Part shown: in pieces, positions 1-8,272 of the stretch
Numbering within the stretch: the stretch's first letter is position 1
How the letters are laid out: every line of letters begins with the position of its first letter
NCBI RefSeq assembly: GCF_000195955.2
Contig: NC_000962.3
Coordinates: 3,120,001-3,152,000, forward strand
Origin: Mycobacterium tuberculosis H37Rv
GTDB lineage: Bacteria; Actinomycetota; Actinomycetes; Mycobacteriales; Mycobacteriaceae
DNA length: 32,000 nucleotides
Direction of reading: 5' to 3'
Translations under genes and position numbers: made by a program
Notes under the pieces: generated by a model
Databases searched by the model: none
What the model was told of the DNA's origin: nothing
Seen by the model: only the letters and a program-made list of their open reading frames with translations

Positions 1-523
1 GTCCCCTCTCGGGGTTTTGGGTCTGACGACCGGACTTGATCGACGCGAACCTGTCTGACGCGAACCTGTTTCCGTCCCCTCTCGGGGTTTTGGGTCTGAC
101 GACGGCTGGAAAAGGGCGCGGGGCAACCGCATCGTCAAGAGTTTCCGTCCCCTCTCGGGGTTTTGGGTCTGACGACGCGTTGTGGTCGTGTCGTGGAGCC
201 TGTATTTCGCTGGTTTCCGTCCCCTCTCGGGGTTTTGGGTCTGACGACCATTAGTTGGTGTTGTGATCGCTAAACGCCGGGGCAGTTTCCGTCCCCTCTC
301 GGGGTTTTGGGTCTGACGACCTATCCGCGGGAAGAGATCACGAATCCGGCGTCGAAGGGTTTCCGTCCCCTCTCGGGGTTTTGGGTCTGACGACATGCTG
401 AGCTGAGGCGCCGGATGATGGTGGTGCTGAAGGTTTCCGTCCCCTCTCGGGGTTTTGGGTCTGACGACTGACAGGGTGCGGTGGTCGCTGATCGGCTCCC
501 CGAGTTTCCGTCCCCTCTCGGGG
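1..523 (-). CRISPR. Leader-distal part of the DR CRISPR array, continuing off the left edge
   Basis: Repeat GTTTCCGTCCCCTCTCGGGGTTTTGGGTCTGACGAC at 1-30 (partial), 68, 141, 213, 285, 359, 433, and the left half of a split repeat at 504-523. Spacers are 35-38 nt. Inferred crRNA sense is the minus strand: the reverse-complement repeat ends in ACGGAAAC, a typical type III 8-nt 5' handle, and cas genes lie on the other side. Confidence 0.98.
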
Positions 524-565
524 TGAACCGCCCCGGTGAGTCCGGAGACTCTCTGATCTGAGACC

Positions 566-1504
566 TCAGCCGGCGGCTGGTCTCTGGCGTTGAGCGTAGT
601 AGGCAGCCTCGAGTTCGACCGGCGGGACGTCGCCGCAGTACTGGTAGAGGCGGCGATGGTTGAACCAGTCGACCCAGCGCGCGGTGGCCAACTCGACATC
701 CTCGATGGACCGCCAGGGCTTGCCGGGTTTGATCAGCTCGGTCTTGTATAGGCCGTTGATCGTCTCGGCTAGTGCATTGTCATAGGAGCTTCCGACCGCT
801 CCGACCGACGGTTGGATGCCTGCCTCGGCGAGCCGCTCGCTGAACCGGATCGATGTGTACTGAGATCCCCTATCCGTATGGTGGATAACGTCTTTCAGGT
901 CGAGTACGCCTTCTTGTTGGCGGGTCCAGATGGCTTGCTCGATCGCGTCGAGGACCATGGAGGTGGCCATCGTGGAAGCGACCCGCCAGCCCAGGATCCT
1001 GCGAGCGTAGGCGTCGGTGACAAAGGCCACGTAGGCGAACCCTGCCCAGGTCGACACATAGGTGAGGTCTGCTACCCACAGCCGGTTAGGTGCTGGTGGT
1101 CCGAAGCGGCGCTGGACGAGATCGGCGGGACGGGCTGTGGCCGGATCAGCGATCGTGGTCCTGCGGGCTTTGCCGCGGGTGGTCCCGGACAGGCCGAGTT
1201 TGGTCATCAGCCGTTCGACGGTGCATCTGGCCACCTCGATGCCCTCACGGTTCAGGGTTAGCCACACTTTGCGGGCACCGTAAACACCGTAGTTGGCGGC
1301 GTGGACGCGGCTGATGTGCTCCTTGAGTTCGCCATCGCGCAGCTCGCGGCGGCTGGGCTCCCGGTTGATGTGGTCGTAGTAGGTCGATGGGGCGATCGGC
1401 ACACCCAGCTCGGTCAGCTGTGTGCAGATCGACTCGACACCCCACCGCAAACCATCGGGGCCCTCGCGGTGGCCCTGATGATCGGCGATGAACCGGGTAA
1501 TTAG
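566..1504 (-). CDS. IS6110 transposase OrfB (IS3-family DDE integrase domain)
   Basis: Protein includes RLWVADLTYVSTWAGFAYVAFVTDAYARRILGW, HHTDRGSQYTS and DNALAETINGLYKTELI, the rve/DDE motifs. It joins OrfA by programmed frameshift. The track ORF starting at 1450 is the part after an internal Met. Confidence 0.95.
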   Translation of the reverse strand, partial: LITRFIADHQGHREGPDGLRWGVESICTQLTELGVPIAPSTYYDHINREPSRRELRDGELKEHISRVHAANYGVYGARKVWLTLNREGIEVARCTVERLMTKLGLSGTTRGKARRTTIADPATARPADLVQRRFGPPAPNRLWVADLTYVSTWAGFAYVAFVTDAYARRILGWRVASTMATSMVLDAIEQAIWTRQQEGVLDLKDVIHHTDRGSQYTSIRFSERLAEAGIQPSVGAVGSSYDNALAETINGLYKTELIKPGKPWRSIEDVELATARWVDWFNHRRLYQYCGDVPPVELEAAYYAQRQRPAAG

Positions 1505-1827
1505 CGTGCTGGCCGGTCGAGCTCGGCCGCGAAGAAAGCCGACGCGGTCTTTAAAATCGCGTTCGCCCTTCGCAATTCGGCGTTGTCCCGCCGCAAGCGC
1601 TTCAGCTCAGCGGATTCTTCGGTCGTGGTCCCGGGCCGTGCGCCGGCATCGACCTGCGCCTGGCGCACCCACTTACGCACCGTCTCCGCGCAGCCAACAC
1701 CAAGTAGACGGGCGACCTCACTGATCGCTGCCCACTCCGAATCGTGCTGACCGCGGATCTCTGCGACCATCCGCACCGCCCGCTCACGCAGCTCCGGCGG
1801 GTACCTCCTCGATGAACCACCTGACAT
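1501..1827 (-). CDS. IS6110 OrfA (IS3-family helix-turn-helix protein)
   Basis: 108 aa, MSGGSSRRYPPELRERAVRMVAEIRGQ...ELRRANAILKTASAFFAAELDRPAR, a typical OrfA with leucine-zipper end. It overlaps OrfB by 4 nt. Confidence 0.95.
   Translation of the reverse strand: MSGGSSRRYPPELRERAVRMVAEIRGQHDSEWAAISEVARLLGVGCAETVRKWVRQAQVDAGARPGTTTEESAELKRLRRDNAELRRANAILKTASAFFAAELDRPAR
1549..1556 (-). promoter_or_regulatory. Candidate -1 ribosomal frameshift slippery site TTTTAAAG of IS6110
   Basis: Minus strand reads GCGATTTTAAAGACC near the OrfA C-terminus, the known IS6110 slippery heptamer context. Confidence 0.75.
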
Positions 1828-1878
1828 GACCCCATCCTTTCCAAGAACTGGAGTCTCCGGACATGCCGGGGCGGTTCA

Positions 1879-3576
1879 GGGTTTTGGGTCTGACGACTCG
1901 CGGCGAGCACGTCTCACCCAGCAGGCGGTGAGGTTGGGTTTCCGTCCCCTCTCGGGGTTTTGGGTCTGACGACACGGACGAGCTGGACCGCATCAGCGAT
2001 GCTGAGCTGAGGGTTTCCGTCCCCTCTCGGGGTTTTGGGTCTGACGACTTGTCTCAATCGTGCCGTCTGCGGTGACACGCTCCAAGTTTCCGTCCCCTCT
2101 CGGGGTTTTGGGTCTGACGACCACCAGGATCAGCGCCAAGCCAGTTAGCGCAATCCAGTTTCCGTCCCCTCTCGGGGTTTTGGGTCTGACGACCTCCCGG
2201 ACCATCTGCAGCTCGCCCGGGTCCATGCGGTTTCCGTCCCCTCTCGGGGTTTTGGGTCTGACGACCGGAGTCATCCGCGCGGGCCGGCGCGATTGTTGCC
2301 GGGTTTCCGTCCCCTCTCGGGGTTTTGGGTCTGACGACTGGCGATTTACGACGCTGACGGGAACTCGTGCGAATGTTTCCGTCCCCTCTCGGGGTTTTGG
2401 GTCTGATCCGCGAAATTCACTGCGCGTTATTCAAGGTTTCCGTCCCCTCTCGGGGTTTTGGGTCTGACGACCCGAGCCGACCATCCGCATCACACCGAAA
2501 GGGTTGGCGCAAGTTTCCGTCCCCTCTCGGGGTTTTGGGTCTGACGACACGTGGGGAGAGGGAATGGCAATGATGGTCGACGAAGTTTCCGTCCCCTCTC
2601 GGGGTTTTGGGTCTGACGACCTCGGACAGCATCTCCCCGGGCGGGCAGCAGATATCCCATGTTTCCGTCCCCTCTCGGGGTTTTGGGTCTGACGACCGAC
2701 CCGTGGCCGCCAGGTTGCCGCCGCCGTTGCTCACCTGGTTTCCGTCCCCTCTCGGGGTTTTGGGTCTGACGACCCGGAAGTCAACTAGAGCGGGTGTCGA
2801 ACGCTGCCCGGTTTCCGTCCCCTCTCGGGGTTTTGGGTCTGACGACATGCGAATCCGCTGTCAGCACATGGGATTCCGAGTGTTTCCGTCCCCTCTCGGG
2901 GTTTTGGGTCTGACGACCTAGGCGGCCCCGGCGAGGCTGGGGGCGGTTTCACGCGTTTCCGTCCCCTCTCGGGGTTTTGGGTCTGACGACCAGCGCAGAC
3001 GGCAGCCCCGAGTACTCGCTCTCCTCAGGTTTCCGTCCCCTCTCGGGGTTTTGGGTCTGACGACAGGCTGAAATTGAAGCCGGAAATGACGACGCATTGG
3101 TGTTTCCGTCCCCTCTCGGGGTTTTGGGTCTGACGACCTAAGCCCGCTAATCCCGCACAAGTGGTCAGAAAAGTTTCCGTCCCCTCTCGGGGTTTTGGGT
3201 CTGACGACCTGATGATTGGTCGGCGTATGACGTGCTACTGAGGTGTTGTTTCCGTCCCCTCTCGGGGTTTTGGGTCTGACGACTAGAAGGCGATCACTGG
3301 AAGCACGGCGCTTGCGAGTTTCCGTCCCCTCTCGGGGTTTTGGGTCTGACGACTTGGTCAAAAGCTGTCGCCCAAGCATGAGGCAAAAAGTTTCCGTCCC
3401 CTCTCGGGGTTTTGGGTCTGACGACACGACTAGGGGAGCGTGATCCAGAGCCGGCGACCCTCTATGGTTTCCGTCCCCTCTCGGGGTTTTGGGTCTGACG
3501 ACGTGCAAGAATTCCGGGTTGCAGTGCAACACGGTTTTAAGTTTCCGTCCCCTCTCGGGGTTTTGGGTCTGACGAC
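1879..3576 (-). CRISPR. Leader-proximal part of the DR CRISPR array
   Basis: Right half of the split repeat at 1879-1897, then repeats starting at 1938, 2013, 2086, 2158, 2230, 2303, 2375 (3' truncated), 2436, 2513, 2585, 2661, 2738, 2811, 2882, 2955, 3029, 3102, 3173, 3248, 3318, 3390, 3467 and 3541. It contains spoligotyping spacers 1 (reverse complement TGATCCAGAGCCGGCGACCCTCTAT), 2 (CAAAAGCTGTCGCCCAAGCATGAGG) and 3 (TAGAAGGCGATCACTGGAAGCACGG). Confidence 0.99.
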
Positions 3577-3628
3577 TCTATGGACAATTCGTCCAGCGTG
3601 TGGTAACAATGCCTGCTGATGATGTCAA
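3577..3628 (-). promoter_or_regulatory. CRISPR leader / candidate pre-crRNA promoter region
   Basis: Only 48 bp separate the cas2 stop from the first repeat. A perfect minus-strand TTGACA (3623-3628) overlaps the cas2 stop. The -10 position 17 bp downstream is weak (TACCAC, 3600-3605). Confidence 0.4.
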
Positions 3629-3966
3629 AAGAACACAAACTCCTCTGCGCTGACAAGCCGTCCCCTTCCGTAGAACGTAACTGCCGCAACACCTCTTATC
3701 TTATAGATCCGGATGTTGTCGCAGTCGATGGCGAAGCGGTCGATACGTGCAACTAGTTTCGCGAGCTGGCCCTTCGTCAGCATCGCTTCGAATGCGGACT
3801 CTTGGACGCGATAGCCAAACCCGGCCAGGATCTTCGCAAGTGAAGCCCGCCGCCGGTTGTCGCTGATGTCGTATATTACGAGGACGAACATCTTGCCTAT
3901 AGTGCCGCTGGACTCGTCCACTTTGAGCGGGAGATTGAAGTACTCCTCACGGCTGCGAGTGGGCAT
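3625..3966 (-). CDS. cas2: CRISPR-associated endonuclease Cas2
   Basis: 113 aa with MFVLVIYDISDNRRRASLAKILAGFGYRVQESAFEAML, the Cas2 core, adjacent to the array. Confidence 0.95.
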   Translation of the reverse strand: MPTRSREEYFNLPLKVDESSGTIGKMFVLVIYDISDNRRRASLAKILAGFGYRVQESAFEAMLTKGQLAKLVARIDRFAIDCDNIRIYKIRGVAAVTFYGRGRLVSAEEFVFF

Positions 3967-4983
3967 TTAGGCTCCGGATGGCTCGGAGGTGATATCGATA
4001 TCGACGAGCCGCGACGGGTGCCCGGCTTCGATAACACGCACGAGGCTTTGCAGTTGCAAGTCGAGGGCGTACTGAAAGGTGTATCGGTGAGGATCGCCTT
4101 TGATGTAGGTGGCGGTTCGTGCGATTCGATTACCAAAGGCGCGCGCGATGGATCGTGTGGCTTCCCGTGTCGCGAAGACGGCCCCCGTGTCGGAGTTCTT
4201 GCTGAAAGCCCGGGTGTCGACCACACCGTCCGCGATCAATCGAAGTACGGTGTCATCGATGATCGGCGCCCGCCATACCTCCATGAGGTCGCTCGCCAAC
4301 GTTGCGTGCCCTCGTGAATCCTGGTGTAGGAAACCGATATACGCGTTCAGGCTGTGACGCTCGATCGCCCCTATGATGTTCTTGTACAGCAGCGAATAGC
4401 CGAGGCTGACCATCGAGTTGAAGGCGTCCAACGGCGGCCGAGTCGAGCGGCCCTGGAATGCGAACTCCTGCGGGACGAGATGCCCCAGCGCGGTGAAGTA
4501 TGCCTTTGCGGCATTTCCCTCGAACCCGTTCAACTCCGCCAGGGAGCCCGATCGATCGACCCAGGCCAGCGAGTGCTTCATCGTGCGGATGCTCTCAGCA
4601 ACGTCTTGCCCCGACGTGTGTGCCCGAATCAAGGCCTGCTGATTCAGGATCTTCCTCGACACGATCCGCTTGCTTAACGACAGGCAGAACGCAGGATCGT
4701 CGGTGCGGTGAACTTGCTGACGGAGCCGCGGCGCGTATGACACGTCGGGTGTTGAGATCCGGCCCTGGTAGTGGCCGTCGGTCGTGAAGAGCTGGATGTC
4801 GCGCTCACGCTTGAGCATCTCAACGATGAAGGGCGTTGTCATCGTCGGCCGCCCAAACAGCGTGATGCCGTCCAGCGTCTCGATCGGATACTGGCTCTCG
4901 CCGAGCTCCTCGCTCCACACGATCACCCGGCCGTCGGCAAAGCTGATCCGCGACACGGAGTCCGAGACATACAGCTGCACCAT
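3967..4983 (-). CDS. cas1: CRISPR-associated integrase Cas1
   Basis: 338 aa, MVQLYVSDSVSRISFADGRVIVW...NAAKAYFTALGHLVP...PLDAFNSMVSLGYSLLYKNIIGAIERHSLNAYIGFLHQ, Cas1 motifs. The stop abuts the cas2 start. Confidence 0.96.
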   Translation of the reverse strand: MVQLYVSDSVSRISFADGRVIVWSEELGESQYPIETLDGITLFGRPTMTTPFIVEMLKRERDIQLFTTDGHYQGRISTPDVSYAPRLRQQVHRTDDPAFCLSLSKRIVSRKILNQQALIRAHTSGQDVAESIRTMKHSLAWVDRSGSLAELNGFEGNAAKAYFTALGHLVPQEFAFQGRSTRPPLDAFNSMVSLGYSLLYKNIIGAIERHSLNAYIGFLHQDSRGHATLASDLMEVWRAPIIDDTVLRLIADGVVDTRAFSKNSDTGAVFATREATRSIARAFGNRIARTATYIKGDPHRYTFQYALDLQLQSLVRVIEAGHPSRLVDIDITSEPSGA

Positions 4984-4995
4984 CTTGCGCACCTG

Positions 4996-6243
4996 TTAGC
5001 CCAGCGGTGCCATATCAATCTGCCGGATGATCTCGTCGTTCAACCGGTCATAGAGCGTCAAATCAGCGCCTGTTTCGCGGGCGAGGATCTTCAGCAGTTG
5101 TTCTGGGAGAAGGCCGCCATCCTTCGTGATGCGATCCTCACTGATTGAGACGATCTCGTGTGCTGCGGTGTTGCGGACCCGGCTCTCGAACCTTCCGAGT
5201 ACTTCAAGAGCACCAACTCGATCGGGTGCGAATTGGCGGAGCAGTGCGAGCCAGTCCTTGGTGTAGAGGTACCACTCCGCGTTTGGCGATTTCGGAGGGT
5301 GCTTGAGCGCGCACCGTATCTCCGGCTCTCTTTCCAGCTTTCGGCGGTCGACGCGGCCCATGTCGTCGAGATAGCGGTCCTCCGGAAGGTGTTTTGCCAC
5401 AGCCGCCCTGAGCACGATAGTGATTGCCGGGGTAGCTGATCGTGCGAATTCAGCCCATTGCTCGCGCTTTGCCAGCAGCGCAAGAGCACTTATGTACTCA
5501 GCGACCTTGTTCGCGGGGTCATACGTGAACGCGGTGTCCTTAAAGAACTTTGGCGCTACGAGGTGTTCCAGCCTCGAGCGGTGCATCGCGCCGCGGATCA
5601 GATTGCTCACTTGATCGGGCAGGCGCGAGTCTGCCGCGATCGTCACTGCTGCCGAGTAGTCGTACGACACGATCAGCTGCTTCAGGTTGGCCCGCTCAAG
5701 CAGCGCGCCGAGCGCAGCGGAAGTCGCCTCAAAGCAACGGTTGGGGGCTCCAGGCTGATTGTCGTCGTTTGCGTCCCACATTAGTTCGAGGTCGTAAGCG
5801 TCTGGGGATTCACGATCGCCAGGCTTGCTCAATGCCCGGGCAGGCGTGCTTACTTGCACAGCGGTGGTCCTGGGAATGCCAAACACATTTATGGCCACCA
5901 GCGCCGCCTGCATCGCAGGGGTGCCGGAACTGGTATTCAGCAGAATGGTTCGATCAGGGAACTCAGCCGACAGTTCAACCAGGTGGTTGCGGAAAACCGG
6001 CACGAAAAGGTCGAACCTGTGCACCGACGGGTTGGTATAGGTGACTATGCGAACGTCGGTCTCAGGCGCGAGCCGCGTGATTGCCGCGGAGTACCGCCGG
6101 TCCGCGTTCTCAAAGGCAGCTATCTCGGCGCTGAGGAATAGCACGACAACTATTGGTCGATAGTGGCGGACGATGTGTAGCATCGGGCCGTCGCCGAGCG
6201 CGGTGATCGGGTCCGCAGTTCCGATAGGCGAGAACAGGATCAT
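4996..6243 (-). CDS. csm6: Csm6 (CARF + HEPN ribonuclease)
   Basis: 415 aa from MILFSPIGTADPIT. N-terminal Rossmann/CARF-like segment with TNPSVHRFDLFVPVF...NTSSGTPAMQAAL. C-terminal HEPN R-X4-H motif RNTAAH (5158-5175). ATGA overlap with csm5 at 6240-6243. Confidence 0.88.
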   Translation of the reverse strand: MILFSPIGTADPITALGDGPMLHIVRHYRPIVVVLFLSAEIAAFENADRRYSAAITRLAPETDVRIVTYTNPSVHRFDLFVPVFRNHLVELSAEFPDRTILLNTSSGTPAMQAALVAINVFGIPRTTAVQVSTPARALSKPGDRESPDAYDLELMWDANDDNQPGAPNRCFEATSAALGALLERANLKQLIVSYDYSAAVTIAADSRLPDQVSNLIRGAMHRSRLEHLVAPKFFKDTAFTYDPANKVAEYISALALLAKREQWAEFARSATPAITIVLRAAVAKHLPEDRYLDDMGRVDRRKLEREPEIRCALKHPPKSPNAEWYLYTKDWLALLRQFAPDRVGALEVLGRFESRVRNTAAHEIVSISEDRITKDGGLLPEQLLKILARETGADLTLYDRLNDEIIRQIDMAPLG

Positions 6244-7367
6244 TCGGCTCTCCTGATCGACAGCTCGCACTGACCCATCTCGTAGCATATGTTGTCGATC
6301 TTGGTTCGCTTCAAGACAAGTGGTGAGACGCGTAGTTCGCGCGTCTTGTCGACGTGCTTGACTACCTTCCCGAACTGGGCGTCGAGCACCTTCGCCATGT
6401 CGTCTTGGTCGGTGACAAAGGTCTTGCTCCGATAGCCGGCTCCGCCGCCCAGATAGACAATTGGGCCAACTATCGCGTTCACGCCAGGGTACATGGCTCT
6501 GTACTCCGCGTAACGCGCCTGATTCACGGACGCGGCTGTCTCGGCCAGCGTTTCAAGGAACCGCTCGCCCTCACGCCAGCCGCCGCGAGCGGTGGGACTG
6601 GTGTCGACCACCACGCGGTGCGAGATTGAGGTTCCCGGCGCCAAACATTCCCGGAAGAGCGGCAGGCCATCAGGCTTGCCGTGGACATTCATGTCCATCT
6701 TCTGGCAGATCAGCAGATCGCTTGTTCTCAGTGCAGGTGAGTCGGTGACCCTGATCGCCTGAAACAGGTCGTTGACCGCGTCTTGCGGACGGGTGTTGGG
6801 GCGCCCCGATTTGCGCAACTCCTTCCGCTCAAACCTTTCGCCGTACTGCCGGTGCTCCCGCGTCTGGTGTCCCGGAACACGAACAGGTTGGGCCGTCCGC
6901 TTATGCACAAGCGACTGCAGGTAGATGCTGCGAAGCATTCCCTTGACAGTCGAACCCGGCACGTAGGGCCTTCCAAGAGGGTCTTTGATGAAAGCGTGAA
7001 TCTCGTTGAGCGTAAGCTTCTTTCGAGTCATGCGCCCGCCTCGACCACGAGATGCACGTCGCGGTTCGATCGACCCGATCTTCACCTCGTAACCTCGATG
7101 CTTAGCAGGATCCAGCTTGACCGCGTTTGGCTCTACCCACTCTTTGAGTGGCGCCGTCGCCTGTGCCCCATCGGTGTTCATGACGAACGCTTCGAAAGAC
7201 TTCCTCTTGTGAGCCGGAATGTCTGCGTAAAGAAGTTCCATGTCCGGGAAGTAGACCCGGTCGCCCTCCACGTGGTACTCCTTCGAGGTCCGCTTCTCGC
7301 CGGATCCGATAAACACCGGCCCCAGGCACCGCAGCGTGAGTTCGAACGGCTTCAGGTAGGTGTTCAT
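6240..7367 (-). CDS. csm5: Type III-A RAMP protein Csm5
   Basis: 375 aa, [31 protein letters not shown]...YVPGSTVKGMLRSIY. Position between csm4 and csm6. Confidence 0.92.
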   Translation of the reverse strand: MNTYLKPFELTLRCLGPVFIGSGEKRTSKEYHVEGDRVYFPDMELLYADIPAHKRKSFEAFVMNTDGAQATAPLKEWVEPNAVKLDPAKHRGYEVKIGSIEPRRASRGRGGRMTRKKLTLNEIHAFIKDPLGRPYVPGSTVKGMLRSIYLQSLVHKRTAQPVRVPGHQTREHRQYGERFERKELRKSGRPNTRPQDAVNDLFQAIRVTDSPALRTSDLLICQKMDMNVHGKPDGLPLFRECLAPGTSISHRVVVDTSPTARGGWREGERFLETLAETAASVNQARYAEYRAMYPGVNAIVGPIVYLGGGAGYRSKTFVTDQDDMAKVLDAQFGKVVKHVDKTRELRVSPLVLKRTKIDNICYEMGQCELSIRRAE

Positions 7368-8272
7368 GCGGCGGACTCCGGGAGTGCGAGAAATAGCGGT
7401 CGCGCGTAGCTGTAGACCGGATGGTTTCCGCCCAGGCTGACGTCGAGGATGCCTCCTTGGAAGGGTCGCGAGAAGACCGAGCCGGCGGCGAATTTGTAGA
7501 TGTCGCGTTTGCGCAGGGGCATGTCAGCGTATGTGCTCGACGCGACGAATCCACTGCGCTTGACGAGGCGGTACGTCGCGCCGGCGAGTGCGGCTTCGAG
7601 CTCGTCGTCCGTGGGTAGGGATGTCGTGAGCGTCATCAGACTGGCCGCGTCGACTGTCGGCGTGAGTGCGGCGGGTGCTTCTGACTCGGTAAGGTTAAAC
7701 GCTCCGAACCCGCTTGTCCGTTCGCCGCCCAGCGCGGAGATCCCTTTCAACAGCCTGGTGAGTAGGCCGAGCTCGGACTCGGATCCGGTCGCCAGCAACC
7801 ACAGACCCGCGTCCAGCTCGAACCGGAAGTAGCCGACACGGTACGGGTCGGCGTCTTTCTTTCCGTTGTGGATCGCTGCCTTCGCTGACACGGCGTGGAC
7901 ACCGATCTTGGTCTGCCGCGCCGCGAGTTCTTTCAGGTCGGCCGTGCCATCGAGGAAGCTGCCAAGCTGGGCAGCGGGAAGAAAGCCGATCTTCTTCGCC
8001 AGCTTCTTCTGCATACTTGAGCCGTCGGACCGAACGCTGTGCAGGGGCTTGGGAACCAGGTAATCGGGCCCCACATAGGGCAGCAGATCGGTCAACCGCA
8101 GCGTCGAGCACGCAACGAGTTCGCCAAGCAGCTGCTGGCCACCCATCCGTAGCGCTTCAACGCAAAGCGCAGAGTAGAGGGTGTCCGCGGGGCAGCTAAT
8201 CGTGGACGACTCGAGGCCGTGGTCGCCGAAGTGTGTGCGGTCGAAGTCGAACCTAAACAGCCGCGAGTTCAT
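7364..8272 (-). CDS. csm4: Type III-A RAMP protein Csm4
   Basis: 302 aa, [41 protein letters not shown]... with [13 protein letters not shown] glycine-rich loop. ATGA overlap with csm5. Confidence 0.92.

Larger units (their letters stand above)
524..1878 (-). mobile_element. IS6110: IS6110 (IS3 family), complete 1355 bp, inserted inside a CRISPR repeat
   Basis: Terminal inverted repeats TGAACCGCCCCGGTGAGTCCGGAGACTC at the left and GAGTCTCCGGACATGCCGGGGCGGTTCA at the right. Length is exactly 1355 bp. The repeat is split as ...CTCTCGGGG|IS|GGGTTTTGGG..., giving a 3-bp GGG duplication. Confidence 0.98.

Noticed and set aside
524-1878. IS6110 as a novel mobile element
   Set aside because: Length, inverted repeats and proteins match the well-known IS6110 at its classical DR-locus site. 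Only its positional effect on crRNA expression is worth testing.
36-3532. Long six-frame ORFs across the array, with FPSPLGVLGLTT / SSDPKPREGTET / VVRPKTPRGDGN repeats
   Set aside because: These are translations of the 36-bp CRISPR repeat and spacers, not a repeat-protein gene.
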